Assembly (NCBI RefSeq): GCF_037042905.1
Contig: NW_026974140.1
Span: 994,001 to 1,058,000, forward strand
Source of the DNA: Lytechinus pictus
Taxonomy: Eukaryota
Length of the DNA stretch: 64,000 nucleotides
Direction: 5' to 3'
Part shown: one piece after another, positions 11,720 to 25,650 of the stretch
Layout: every line of letters begins with the position of its first letter
How positions within the stretch are numbered: position 1 is the stretch's first letter
The notes under the pieces: model-generated
Database searches by the model: none
What the model saw: the letters and a program-made list of their open reading frames with translations, nothing else
Told to the model about the DNA's origin: nothing
Translations under genes and position numbers: made by a program

Positions 11720-14328
11720 TAACAATGTTGTGGCATTTTTAACAATATTTCTCTGTGACAGTTATATTCATGTCTTCATTATTATGAAATAAGCTATCTA
11801 ATAATGTCATATTCCCACTTGTTTTGAATTTTGTGAAATGAAATAAAGTTGATTCATATTTAAATATAAGGAATGAAACATGTTTATTACATTTTTTAAA
11901 ACATACTGAATATTCAGATGCCTAACAACAAAACACTTCCCCCAAAAGGAAATGATTACGTGGTATCTATCAAAAGCGTTCTTTGTTGAAGTCAAAGCAT
12001 TTTTCATATACTGGTTCCCATGGTTTTAGTAAATCATTGCGAAAGCTATGTACAAAAATGTTGTTTATATAAAAAATATCTAAAAGAAAAAACTTAAGAA
12101 AAAATTGTTAAGTATAAAGAAATTAGAAATATGGTAAATTACGAGATCAAAAAGGCTAAAAGGGTATATTTTAAAAGCAAATTCGAAAATGCTGCAGGTG
12201 ATATGAAAAATACATGGAAGGTCATCAATAATGTGTTAGTGCAAGTCAGTGTAATGATTAAACAATAAATGGGACAGGTGCAATATGCAATGCTTTTAAT
12301 AAATATTTTTTAAACATAGGTCACTTACTTTCTTCTTCCTTCACTGATTCTGGGGACTTTATGTAATATGTAAATAAAAATGAATCAACAATGCTTTTTA
12401 CTCCATTCACACCCAAAAAAATCACTGATATTGTTTTGAAGTTTAAGAGTGGTAAAAGCCCTGGCTTTGATGGAGTACGTGGTGAATTGGTTAAAAGTGT
12501 TGTTCATATTTTATGTCATTCCTTATGTGAGATAATCATTTTATCTCTGATTACTGATATTGTACCTGACAAATTAAAAATCGCCAAAGTAACTCCAGTT
12601 TATAAAAGTCGATCAAAAGAAAGTATATCTAATTACAGACCTATATCTATTCTCCCTTTCATTTCTAAAATCTTAGAGAAATGTGTGTATATACGTGTAT
12701 ATAAATTCTTGGACAAGTGCAATATCGTTACTTCAAAGCAGTTTGGTTTTCGTGCAGGTCACTCTACATCTTCTGCCATTATCGAGTTAATACACAAAGT
12801 ATCAATTGCCTTTGAAAAAAAAGAAGTAATGATTGCTTTGTTTTTAGACCTTCGTAAGGCCTTTGATTCCCTGGACCATAAAATTTTATTTAAAAAGTTA
12901 GAGAGATATGGATTTAGAGGTGTTATATTTGAATGGTTTAAAAATTATTTAAGTAATCGTAAACGGTATGTATTATTAGATGAATGTGAATCTCAGATGA
13001 TGGCAGTAAGTTGTGGAGTGCCCCAGTGCTCAATATTAGGCCCTTTAGTATTTATTTTATTTGTAAATGACATGTGCAATATTTCTGAACAATTTGAGCC
13101 AATATTATTTGTGGATGATACTAGTGTGTTTATGTCCCTTCATTACATCATTACTCTACAAATAACTTTAATACTGAATTTGAAAAAATGGTTGCCTGGC
13201 TTAATAATAATAAACTTGTACACTTAACATAAAAAACAAATTTCATAACTTTTACCAAAAAAAAAAACATATTGATGCAACCCATATAAAATGAAAAAAA
13301 TTAGGACTATTTTGTAGGTCAAGTCAAACAGACAATTTTTTAGGTGTAACCATTGACAATAAACTAACATGGAATGAACACACTAGTGTCATCTGCAATA
13401 AAATATCCAAACGTATTGGTTTATTTTACAAACTGAAATCTTTTCCTAAAGAAACTGTAATGATCTTTTACAACACGTTAACATTGCCACATATGTATTA
13501 CTGTATTCTTACATGGGCATGCTCTAGTATGCAAAATACTAATAGACTTTTAGTGCTACAAAAGAACATTATAAGACTTGTTTATCACAGCCAATACCTT
13601 GCCCATACCAACCCTATTTTTTTCAATCTAAAGACTCTGAAAATGCCTGATATATATGTATGCCAATGTGCAATACATTTATTTATGTATCCATAAATTA
13701 TTACCAACATCTATTATTTAATATTTCCAACTGAACAGAAATATTCATGAATATCAAACTAGGCATTCCAATTATTTTCACTTTCCTTTAACAAAAACTT
13801 CAACCTATCAAAATACAATTTTTTATAAAGGTCCTTTAATTTGGAATGAGTTACTAATTACAATAAGACAGAGTCCAACGCTGAATACTTTTAAAAGAAA
13901 AATGAAATATTTACTACTACAAATAAGTACCTCTAAAATATAACAGTTTTATATTTTAAATAAAAAATGTATGCGTGTGTTTGCGGGTGTTTGATAACGA
14001 ATGGTGTATGTGTGTTGAATCAACACACATACACCATTCGTTATTAATTGATGTGGATGTATGGGTGTATGATTTAAATGTACTATTTTCAATTAATTTT
14101 ACTTTGCTACTTTTAATCAACAATTCAAAATTTAAATCTTCTGATCTGTATGGATATTGGCTTTTAATATAAGGCTCTGCCTTTCTGCCTCTCCTAATAC
14201 TTTCATTTGTACATTTGTATTACTTGTTTTACATGTTTTCTTTATCTATACTCCTTTATATGTGTGTATATATCTACATTGTTATATGTTTTTATGAAAG
14301 TATTGAATAAATGAAATGAAATAGAAAT
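11720..14328 (+). mobile_element. Older, decayed L2-group (Crack/Daphne-like) LINE of a different subfamily
   Basis: ORF 12391..13227 has RT motifs (NYRPIS, QFGFR, DLRKAFD, GVPQ.SILGP, FVDDT). Downstream fragment 13460..13696. Tail aataaatgaaatgaaat. The 5' boundary is approximate. Confidence 0.88.
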
Positions 14329-14412
14329 CAAGCAATGACCAACTTAAACGAACGTTTAAAAAAAAAATGCAATATCGGATTAATCGGTTTGGTTTATCAG
14401 TGCTTTACTTAC

Positions 14413-14680
14413 CGTTCTCTGTAAGTTCTTTCCGGAAGCCTGCTTTCTTGCTCGAAATAGTTTTCACAAAAGGGATGACCATGCAATCCCCGTTAACGGT
14501 AGTGTGATTAGAGTGCCAAGCCTTAAGTTGCATTCTACATTGCCCTTGTTTTTCGGCAATCCACAGTTTTTTATTTGCACTGTATGGCACATTTGTATTG
14601 ATGACAATTAGATAGTTTTGAAGTATTGTCAATGCAATCACAAATGTCATGAGGATACCGTTTCTTGTAGTGAAATCCAT
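14413..14680 (-). CDS. Possible first coding exon of an unknown host protein with an N-terminal hydrophobic segment
   Basis: Non-repetitive open frame MDFTTRNGILMTFVIALTILQNYLIV...ELTEN ending at a canonical donor, aacg|gtaagt (14412). No partner exons found. Confidence 0.25.
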
Positions 14681-15269
14681 TGATGTAAAATAGGGAAAAA
14701 AAAGTAATAACGATGACAAGATGGTTAAATGACAACTTTAGAAACTACGACACTGACCATTCCGATGTGTATGGCTGTATGGCACTCATTTATGCAGTAA
14801 GCCCTAAAGGGGTTTGCTGGGACCAAGCATATGACAACGATTCGTTCACACCAGGGGAGAAAGAGAAGAACAAATAGGGCGCCTGGTCATGCAGGTATCA
14901 ATTTGATTTGCATACCGTGTATTATTGCCCTTATAAAAAAAAAAACATGGTTTTACAACCGTAATCATGGTATAACCATGGTTAGGGGCGGTTTTACAAT
15001 GGATCGATGGTAGTCCATGGTTTTAAATTCATAACCAAGGTAAATGTGTGGCGGAAGTGTGGTAATACCATTGTTAAAATACCATAGTTATAATAACATG
15101 ATACAAATGTCATTTTATGACGATTTTAAAACCATGGTTATAAAAACCATCATTATACCACAGTTTTAAGAAAGTTAAAAAACAATAGTTATAAAACCAT
15201 GACAAAATCATCGTTCTACTTTGGTGAAAAAAACCATAGTCATTTAACCATGGTTGTAGCCATGGTTTC

Positions 15270-16627
15270 ACAGTAGTATAAAAACAATGGTTAGGAAACC
15301 TTGGTTTAACTCCCGTTCTACTAAGGTTGGAAATCAGTGTTATAAAACCATGATTTAAACCATGGTTTTATGATAGCATAAAAACAGTATTTATAATACC
15401 ATGGTTAAAATTCCGTTTCACCAAGGTTGAAAACGACGGTTATACACCATGATTTTAACCATGGTTTTAAGATAGTTCGAAAATGATGGTTATATAACCA
15501 TGGTTTTAACCGTGGTTTAATGAAAGTGTAAAAACAGTGGTTACAATACCATGGTTAAATTTCCGTTTTACCATGGTTGAAAACGACGGTTATACACCAT
15601 GATTTTAACCATGGTTTTATGATAGTTTGAAAATGATGGTTATATAACCATGGTTTTAACCGTGGTTTAATGAAAGTGTAAAAACAGTGGTTACAATACC
15701 ATGGTTAAATTTCCGTTTTACCATGGTTGAAAACGACGGTTATACACCATGATTTTAACCATGGTTTTATGATAGTTTGAAAACGATGGTTATATATATA
15801 AACATGGTTTTAACCGTGGTTTAATGAAAATGTAAAAACAGTGGTTACAAAACCATGGTTAAACATTTGTCTTAGCAAGGTTGAAAACGACGGTTATAAA
15901 CCATGATTTTAACCATGGTTTTATGATAGTTTGAAAATGATTGTTATATAACCATGGTTTTAACCGTGGTTTGATGAAAGTGTAAAAACATTGGTTACAA
16001 GAACATGGTTAAACATTCGTCTTAGCAAGGTTGAAAACGACGGTTATAAACCATGATTTTAACTATGGTTTTAAGATAGTTTGAAAACGATGGTTATATA
16101 ACCATGGTTTTAACCGTGATTTAATGAAAGTGTAAAAACAGTGGTTACAAAACCATGGTTAAATTTCCGTTTTACCAAGGTTGAAAACGACGGTTATACA
16201 CCATGATTTTAACCATGGTTTTATGATAGTTTGAAAATGATTGTTATATAACCATGGTTTAAACCGTGGTTTAATGAAAGTGTAAAAACAGTGGTTACAA
16301 TACCATGGTTAAATTTCCGTTTTACCATGGTTGAAAACGATGGTTATACACCATGACTTTAACCATGGTTTTATGATAGTTTGAAAATTATGGTTATATA
16401 ACCATGGTTTTAACCGTGGTTTAATGAAAGTGTAAAAACAGTGGTTACAATACCATGGTTAAATTTCCGTTTTACCATGGTTGAAAACGACGGTTATACA
16501 CCATGATTTTAACCATGGTTTTATGATAGTTTGAAAATGATTGTTATATAACCATGGTTTTAACCGTGGTTTAATGAAAGTGTAAAAACATTGGTTACAA
16601 AACCATGATTAAATTCCCGTTTTACCA
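15270..16627. repeat. Tandem array with ~150-bp period (about 8-9 units), rich in AACCATGGTT
   Basis: ggttgaaaacgacggttata recurs at ~15425, 15575, 15725, 15879, 16029, 16179, 16329 and 16479. Confidence 0.92.
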
Positions 16628-17015
16628 ATTGGTACTAACTTTGTTAGTCTGGGCCTATAAAGCTTGTCACGACTAACTCAGCTGTGGACTAACGAAGGTT
16701 TTTCATTACTCGTATTTCGTAAAAAGACAGGCTTGACTAACACCATTTGGGGTTTCTGACTAAATGAGGCGTACGTGCACCTCATAATATTGTACGAGTA
16801 ACTTTCGGCCATCCAAAGGCATGACTAAAATTATAAAGGCCTGCGACCTGAATTACTAACTAAGCAGGGCCGTTGTTGTTGATCTTGAAGGTAGTCGCGG
16901 GCCGGGGGTAGCCGCTGGTGTTTTTTTTTTTTTTTATATGACTAGTTATCTTTTTGTATTATTTCAAAATATGTCTGTCCAGTCATTAAACATTGTCTGT
17001 CTACGTACATATATA

Positions 17016-18385
17016 CATTGGCGTAGCTAGGATTTTTTTCCTGGGGGGGCACTGGGGGGTCCTTGCTTTTTCAGGGGGGCACCATTTTTCCGGTGTGTGT
17101 GTGTATGTGTCACAAGGGCGGATCCGACTTTCGCCAATAGGGGACCGGAGCCCGAAATTATCTTCACCTTTATTTTCCCCGATCAGTCACTTCTTAGTTT
17201 TATTCTTATAAAACAACATATACATGAAATGATCTCATAAAAGCCTTATAAAAAGTGCGAGCGCGAAGCGCGAGCGATTTTTTTTTTACTTTCATGTATT
17301 TTGTCCTGAAAATGTAATATTCTGGGCAATGTTATGTATGATCCTAAACAAGATTCGTATGTAACTAGATGATTTACTGCGAACGCCAAGTGCGAGCAGA
17401 AATTTATTTAACTGTTCTAGCATTATCAAAAAGGGAGCTGTTAAGGACTGCTTATGTACAGTTACCCACGAAGACGGTATATATTTCAATAATGGGAGCG
17501 CGAAGCGCGAGCAAATTTTTTTGACATTCCGACCTAAAAAATTGTCATTCTAAGCACTTTTTGTATTAATAAATGGGATAGGTATGTAACAATTGATGTG
17601 AGCGCGAAGTGCTAGAGGAAGAAAATTAAGATTTTAGACCTAAAAGCGGGACACTCTATTCATATTTTGTAAATCATAAATAGGATATAGTTAATTGGGT
17701 ATCATTAATAATGCAATCGTGAAGCGTGAGCAGACAATTATTGATATTCTGATGTGAAACTGGATAATTTAACTACATAAAAAAAAGAACATGCAGGCTA
17801 TCGCGCATGTTTTAAATTTAGACCTAGAATCTGGGCATTATGAATACATTTGTTTAATGGAACTTTATGGAATACACGTAGACAATAGGAACTTGGCAAA
17901 TCAAACAATGTGACCACGCAGCGTGAGCTTAAAATGCTGATATGTAGACCATAAACGGACATTTTACAGAGCACTTAAATTTGTAAATGAAAAAAAAATA
18001 ATGAAAGCTCGATGTCCGAGCTAAAATATGTTTTGTATATTGACTTCAAAACTTGCTCCACATCAGCCTATTGAGCAAGATATGAATCTCATCGAACAGG
18101 CAATACTGGCGCGAAGCGCAAGCAAAAATTTGATATAGTAACATGAAAGATTTTTTTTTTTGCAAGTCTTCCCCTCACATTATTTCATTCACTCGTCTTC
18201 CTCTTATTTTCCTCTTCTTCCTTTTTCTTGTCTTTCTCCTTCTTTTCCTTTTTTTTTCTTTTCTTCTTTCTCCCTTTTTTTTTTGCTCTGCCAAGTTTTT
18301 TCAGGGGGGCACCTGGGGGGGCACACCAAATCTCAGGGAGGGCACGTGCCCCCCCAGGCCCCCCCCCCCCGTAGCTACGCCAGTG
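17016..18385. mobile_element. hAT-like non-autonomous element with 8-bp TSD
   Basis: TIR cattggcgtagcta / tagctacgccagtg; TSD catatata / catatatt; internal gcgagcgcgaagcgcgagc array starting at a second TIR-like end, caagggcggatcc (~17113). Confidence 0.82.
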
Positions 18386-20233
18386 CATATATTGTCATTT
18401 TGAACCTGTCTACTTTGTAATTGTGTTCAACACGGATTTCGCGCATTCCCCGCCTGCCCCCCCCCCCCACCCCTCCCGCTCATTTTCGCGCCTTTTTTTT
18501 ATGCGCGTCGATGTACTAGTACCACGTGTGTAACGCACAACCCGCACATGCATATACACACCATAGACAAATGCACACACACGTACACACGTACGCCGTG
18601 CAGATACAATCAGCTTAATGCTTCGAAGGCCAAGGGCTAAGCTTCAAGTTCATGAAATTCAGGCAATTAACTGCATTCAACTAATTTTTTAACTGAAACT
18701 ATAGGAGAACAGACAAATTATGGAACTGTCAGAGATAGTTAACGGTAAGTAAGCTAATCTAATCAGTAATCTGTTGGGCATTCTCGTGAATTAGTCCACT
18801 CCTGGCACCTCCTTGGCCTTGGCCTTGCATGACTCGGAAATTGAACACTCAGCGGATTGTGCGCGTACCGTACGGTATACCGTACCAAGCCCGAGTAGTA
18901 CCGTATGGTACTGCACTCTGCAGCAGGCAGTGTCACTGTCAGTGGATTATTTCAAGAGTTTGCCTTAGTCTGTAATGTTGCTGCATTTATTTTGATTAGG
19001 AGTGTTGCATGGGTCTAGAAATGTATTCTGACTTCAACTTGAAGTTGAAGCCAGGCATTGGGGCTGGCTACATGTAGGGCCTAAAAGTTATGGCTATATA
19101 TTAATAGGCTTGAGCTTGCCTTGGACTTTGCCTTTGGACTAGATCTATTATTATGGTGGAACACGTCGTACTCGTAGCCTAGTCCCGGCCCTTGCCCAGG
19201 CCTAACTTAGGCTAGCGCTTGGCCTACCTGAAAAAAAAAATTGTTGGCTGCCATCGAGTATGAAGAAAAATATTGTACTAACTTAGATCTCCTACTGGCT
19301 TAATTAACGTTAGAGACTATCGACTAGGGTCTAGATCTAGATCTATACTTTAACTTTTTAAAGTTTACGTTAGAGTACGGTGTCGGTGGTCCTAATTAAT
19401 GTTATACTTTTGAACGGCAACAGCATTCAGTCCACTGATCTGTATTCTTTTTTTTTTTATAGGTCTAGACTCTAGGCCTAGGCTACAGACTCTGCTACTG
19501 CGGGTTAATTAGTCCTCATTTAATTAGTAATACTTGATCAATGGATCAGCTAGCTGCAAAGTAGTATGTTTTAATAAATCCTTTATTTTTAAGCGGGAGT
19601 ACAATTCATATGTCTGTATATGTTTTTCCATGTGAATTTTTTTTTCTTTTGGTAAGTTCATACAATTCATATGTCTGTAAATGTTTTTCCATGTGAAAAT
19701 CTGTTTTTTTTTGGTAAGTTCAGAGTGTGGTTGTGGGAACGTGGCTGGCTCCTTGTTTCGACGATTTCTACAGCATGCATGCACATTACGATAGTAGATC
19801 TACACGGTTGTACACAACTGAAAGATATGCGCATTTCCCTAGCCATAGCGGCGATGATTGTTACCAAAAGAAAAGTAATGCCAATAGTTCTAGTGTTTAC
19901 TTTCGAGTCTCCTTGGTATTTTCATATATAGGCCCTCCAACTATTCATGAAAAATCCGAGGCCAAACCACGTAATGTGGAATTTCGTCACAAATGGGTTA
20001 AGTTATTAATTTAGGAAGTGTTGTTCCATATGTGTCACTAAGAGTGGAATTGTCTGAAATTTGTATGAATTTTAAGTATGGTTGGTTATTATGAAATGAA
20101 TGAAATTTCATGTGATGAAAAATGGAAATACCATCGCTGGACCGTTGTGTCGTAATAGTACTGTATCTTAATTTCAAATCAAAATTTTTAATAGACTACA
20201 ATACAATTTTCTTTCCTGGTAGCGGGAAGTTAA

Positions 20234-20820
20234 AGGGATGGTCCAGGCTGAAAATATTTATATCTAAAAGTATATAAATGGAGTAAAATTCAGAGTAAAA
20301 TGCTGAAAATTTCATCAAAATTGGATATCAAATAACAAAGTTATTGATTTTCAAAGTTTATCAATATTTTTTGGAATATGCACATCATCATGAATATTCA
20401 TTAGGTGGGCTGATGATGTCACATCTCCATTTTTTCTTATGTCATTACATGACATCGTAAATGTTTCATTTTTTCATGTGTAAATGATGTGTCTCCATTA
20501 TGATGAAATAAGTTGAGGCAATAAATAACTAGTCCACTTTATCAGTTGTCAATCCAATTGTTTTAGTTCTTGGTAGCAATTTTTTTTATTAAACCCAATT
20601 TCACATAATAAAACACAAAAGAACAAGTGGGGATATGACATCACCAGCCAACCTAATGAATATTCATAAAGACATGCCTAGAACTGTTTCACCGGAATAA
20701 TATCATTTGAAATTCAAAAACTTTATTTGTTATTGGATTTTGATTAAATTTTTAGCATTTTGCTCTGTAAATTTTCTTCTATTTATTGAGATATAAATAT
20801 TTCCAGCCTGGACCATCCCT
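20234..20820. mobile_element. TTAA MITE (Kolobok-like), family B
   Basis: TTAA|agggatggtccaggctg...cagcctggaccatccct|TCAA, largely palindromic. Confidence 0.85.
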
Positions 20821-22015
20821 TCAATTTTACTAATATTCGAAGACAGGAAACTAATACTAGAAAAAAAGATAAATGAATGGAATATGTATCACCAAACCCA
20901 GACAAACATTGGAATATGTCTGTTTGCCTCTTGCATCAAGGCAAAAACTGAATATTTGTGTCCATGTACATGCAATATCTTTTGATTACACACAAATCCT
21001 GAAAGCTCTTTGCATACATTATTTATTCAAAATTCAGGTTTAGTAAGAAAATCAATTACTTTTCATTCCAGGTACAAATTTTTATTGATATATGGCCAAA
21101 ATCAAAGAAGGGTGTTGGTAACCAACAAGTCAGAGGAGACCTCAAAACGGGAGCTGCTTAGGGTGGTGTGCACAACATTTGGAGTGAAAGAAGAAGATAT
21201 TTTTCCTGCAGACATGGCAAGACAAATTCAACGATTTTGCAGACATGGAAGAGGACGAATTTGTGACAGGGCCATTGAGAGTAAAAATTACAAACTACCT
21301 GTGGTCCTCGGTGCACAGCAACTGGTGAATGGTGGAGAGTAAGTATCTGGTACCAAACAGAAACCCCAATTAACTCTCAATGTGCCATAGTCTTGCCCAA
21401 GTGCATGCCATTTAATTTCTTTGGCAATTGATTCATCCTTCTAGATAAATATATTACTTGATAATGGCCAAACTTAAAGGCATTTCTCTTTTTCACATGA
21501 CATAGTTATATATTATTAAAGAGGATTAGAACTTGGCCAGTAAAAACGCTTTAAACGTGTATGGGGCACCGTAAGAGTTGATGAATTAAGTAAATGTGAG
21601 TAAATGCATAAAATATGAGAATATTTCTTGCATTATAACTTACTAATGTTTGAGTATCACTATTGATGCAGGAATCTTACAGTGGCTACATTGTTGTTAC
21701 ATTTTGTAATGCATTTCTCTGTTAGATTTTACCTAAAGTTTATTTTTTAGTCTAATTCGCATGTACATTGGTTCTGCTATGGTCTTTCACCAAATGTTAA
21801 CTGGTACAGTGTGTTTGTGACAGATAGTCGCAAAGTGTGACCAAGTGGAGCTTTTCTGTTCTTGTCTTTGGCAACAAGACTGGCGTGTCGTTGCATAAAA
21901 CTTGCTATTATAGTAAAATTTGCTGTAAATATCTATTAAGGACTCGGATGAAAAGTGATTTGACAGAAACTAAATGAATGAGGATTCTAAATCTATTTGT
22001 TTTTTTCTTTTTTAA

Positions 22016-22599
22016 AGGAGAATGAAACTCTTGGAGCAAGTTAGCTTTTGTGAAAGCAGAAAAATCAAAGAATAAGATCAACAAAAGTTTGAGTAAAATA
22101 GGACTAGCAATAGAAGAGTTATGAGCATTTGAATGTCGAGATCACTAATGCTATGGAGATCCTCCCATTGGCAATGCGACCAAGATCTATGATGTCACAG
22201 ATGAACAACTCTCCCCTTTTGGACACTGAAAATATAGCCCAAAACATCTCTTTTTGCTCATTCTAATCATATGACAAATGATTCATCAATGATATAATGT
22301 TGTGAAACCTCTGTACTTGTCCTCTCATAAAGAGAACACCTCACCTTGTGATAGACTCTCTAAAAGTGAGAATATAAGTGAAATAAGTACTAAAGTAATG
22401 AGGGAGTTGTACGTGTGTGACATCACAGATCTTGGTCGCATTGCCAATGGGAGGATCTACATGGCATTAGTGATCTCAATATTCAAATGCTCATAACTTT
22501 CTTATTATTCATTCAATCTTCCTCAAACTTTCAACAATATGTTTCTTGGATTTTTCTCTTTGATATGGATTCAGCTGGTTTCAAGGGTTTCATTCTCCT
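22016..22599. mobile_element. TTAA MITE (Kolobok-like), family C
   Basis: TTAA|aggagaatgaaac...gtttcattctcct|TTAA with long internal inverted arms. Confidence 0.88.
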
Positions 22600-23528
22600 T
22601 TAAGTATAATTTTTTATTCTTTGTTTTTTCTTTTTTAAGTATAATTTTTTATTATTTCCAAATCTGACACTGTTGCAAGGCACATAGAGTGGATGAGCAC
22701 TGAAAAAAAGGCAGCCAGACTTCAAGAGAGTTGAGTTCTGCATGCAGAAGACACTGGCAGACAGAAGGGCATGGATCATAAATTCTGTCCCTCGGCCAAG
22801 GATCACTGATGACCGACTGAAGTATCCTTGGCTCTTTGATGAGGATCAGGTAATCTATGTTTTTCTATCTATAGTTTTCTCACCAGATTTTGAAATATAC
22901 TAAATATCCCGAGATTGATTGAATGCTGACGGACGTTGATAGAGTTGCTTACTCAATGTTTCCCTATTACAGTGATTTACAGAATTTATTGGAAACTTCT
23001 AACTCCACATGGATTATCCAAACTTGCTCATAAACTTAATTTATTCAAGACTGCGTAAGGTATGAACTTCATATGTGGTCCTTGTATGTAAAATTCAGGT
23101 TATTTTATTGTCAAAGCAATATCACCTAAACAGCTTGAGGTATGGATGTAAAAACTTGGTGTTTAACATGTACCATCGTTAGGAAGACGATTTGAATGGA
23201 TTTTGGAATATGTAGGTCAAAGGTCAATTTGTGAAATTTATTTGTTTAAACACATTGTCACCTTAACAATTTGAAATATAAATGTGAAACTTGGTGCTAA
23301 CATGTACCACTATAGGAGATGATCTGGATATATTTTGGAATATGTAGCTCGAAAGTAAATTTGTGAAATTCAGGTAATATCTTTGTTAATGCAATGTCAC
23401 CTTAACAGTATGAAATATGGATGTAAAACATGCTAGCATGTATCACTGGGAAGAGGATGCATTGAGTAGTGTATGTTTCATTGACTGTTTTTGAAAATTT
23501 GACTCAATGTCTCTAATCTTCAAATTAA

Positions 23529-23922
23529 AGAGAAATTCCAGTATTTGCAGTAAACACTGATTTCATGAGAAAGTCTGTAAAACAAGGCTTAATTGTCAGT
23601 ATATCATCGAGGATCTATATCTGGTACAGTTACATAAACTGAACTTTGTGAAATCTTGAAATCTACGCTGAAAAATGTTCACACTGAAGATCACCAACAC
23701 AGATAGGCACACGTGGGACAGTGTATTATTATTGCTAAAATAAAGACCCGACGGAAGTGACCGAATCCGCGCTTATTTTGCTTATTTCTCAGCAATCACA
23801 CAATTTCTTCCAGAATCCTTTGGCACATATTTTTTATTCATACAAACAGACACTTAGGTGGTCATTATATTAGATTCTGTAAAAAGTCATTTTTAGATCG
23901 TTACCAAAACTGGAATTTATCT
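23529..23922. mobile_element. TTAA MITE (Kolobok-like), family D
   Basis: TTAA|agagaaattccagt...actggaatttatct|TTAA. Confidence 0.82.
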
Positions 23923-23926
23923 TTAA

Positions 23927-24486
23927 AGGTCTAGTCCACCCCAGGAAAATGCTGATTTGCATAAATAGAAAAAAATCAAACTAGCATGAAATTTTAAAGT
24001 TTCGCATATTTTCAACAAAACAGTGATATGCACAACTAGGTGAGCCAATGATGTCACTCACTATTTCTTTTGTTTTTTATTGTTTGAATTATACAATATT
24101 TCCATTTTTACGAATTTGATGATTAGGACCTCCTTGCCTGAAGCACAAAATGTTAAAATAATGGAATTCCACGTGTTCAGGGACGAATGAAACTTCATTT
24201 CACATGACAATGACGAGAAAATCAAAATATTTCATACTTCATATAATAAAATACAAAAGAAATAGTGAGTGAGTGATGTCATCAGTTCCCTCATTTGCAT
24301 ACCGACTGAGGTGTGCATATAACCGTTTTGTGAAATGAAGCAAAACTTTAAAATGTCATAACTTTCTTATTTTACATCCGATTTTGATGAAATTTTCAGT
24401 GTTATGCTTGTTGAATTTTTCTCTTTTTATTCAAATCAAGGTTTTTTTTTTTTTTTTTTTTTTTGGGGGGGGGGTGGACTTGTCCT
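23927..24486. mobile_element. TTAA MITE family A (inverted relative to 4221-4802)
   Basis: TTAA|aggtctagtccacccc...ggggtggacttgtcct|TTAA; shares the TTAA at 23923-23926 with the previous element. Confidence 0.88.
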
Positions 24487-25574
24487 TTAATCTTGCCATA
24501 TCTGTGCTACCTCTGTGTGTGAAAAGTACATTAATTTATTTAGTTTATTCAGGGATTTTTTTTTTGTATATACATAAAGTCTTTCTACCTTGTCTTCTCA
24601 GTCAAACCAAATCTTATAAGATCAACAGCAAAAAAATAAAACAGTTTCCAGGAGTATGTGACATCATTCTGCATTCCATACTTAATTAAGCTTGACATAT
24701 CTGTGCTAACTCTTAATTTATTTAGAATATTTATGATTTTTTATGCCTCCGCCAACGAAGTGGCCGGAGGCATTACGTTTTCGGGTCGTCCGTACGTCCG
24801 TCCCGTTTTGTTTTGTCGAAATCTCAAGAACCGTGGAGTGGTTTTACATCAAACTTGGTATGAGGGTATATCCTGGGGGGATAATACTTTGTTTTGATTT
24901 TATGGTCACGGGTGAAAGGTCACAGAGGTCGTTATATACCTTAAAATGTCCTGTTCTTGTGATAACTTAACCATTGGAGCTAATAACTTCAAACTTGGTA
25001 CATTCTTTATATACATAATAGAGGGAGAATGATCTGATTGGATTTTGGGGTCACATGGTCAAAGGTCACAGAGGTCAGTATGCCTTAAAATATCTTGTTC
25101 TTGTGTAACTAAAGAACTGTTAGAGGAAGTAACTCCAAACTTGGTACATATATGCTTGATATAGGGGGGGGGGGGGTAATTTGGGGGGGTTGCAGGGCCA
25201 AAGTTCAAAGGTCATAAAGGTCATATACTTACAACTTTTTTTATGAATACTAAAAATTATTTTCATGTATCAAGTTTGATTCTAGGTCAGTGTATGCATG
25301 AAATTGTTCTTGTGATAAACCAAAGACTTCGATAGATCAATTTCAAATATGGACAATGCATACATTATGACATTGACTTGAGAAGTTCAAAGGTCTAAGA
25401 GTTCATGTCTCTTGTCACAATTGCTTGTACATTCAATATTAATGGTTCTTGGATGCATATGAGAGTGATCAATATGATAATAGAAAATATCAATCAAGGT
25501 TTTCCGTTGGGTAGATTTAATTTTATTGAATAATTTTTGCCTTATCCAAATATAAGTGAACACCTAATGTTCAG

Positions 25575-25650
25575 GCCAGCTATGGTAGGAATCGAACTCA
25601 CGATCTCCTGGTTACTAGACAGGTGTCATACCACTAGACCACCAGGAATT
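25575..25650 (-). pseudogene. tRNA-Thr(AGT)-like unit, left arm of a palindrome
   Basis: Minus strand reads ggtggtctagtggtatgacacctgtctagtaaccaggagatcgtgagttcgattcctacc. Confidence 0.7.

Larger units (their letters stand above)
18720..22849 (+). pseudogene. Decayed multi-exon accessory gene of the EnSpm-like element (resembles TE-borne SAMD3-like proteins)
   Basis: Candidate exons: 18720-18744 (ATG..aacg|gtaagt); 21072-21338 (YKFLLIYG..VVCTTFGVKEEDIF / LQTWQDKFNDFADM); ~22680-22849 (EWMSTE / VEFCMQKTLADRRAWII..LKYPWLFDEDQ|gt). Frameshifts present. Confidence 0.55.

Noticed and set aside
15270..16627. Regular array as a possible CRISPR
   Set aside because: Entire 150-bp units repeat with no unique spacers, there are no cas genes, and the context is eukaryotic.
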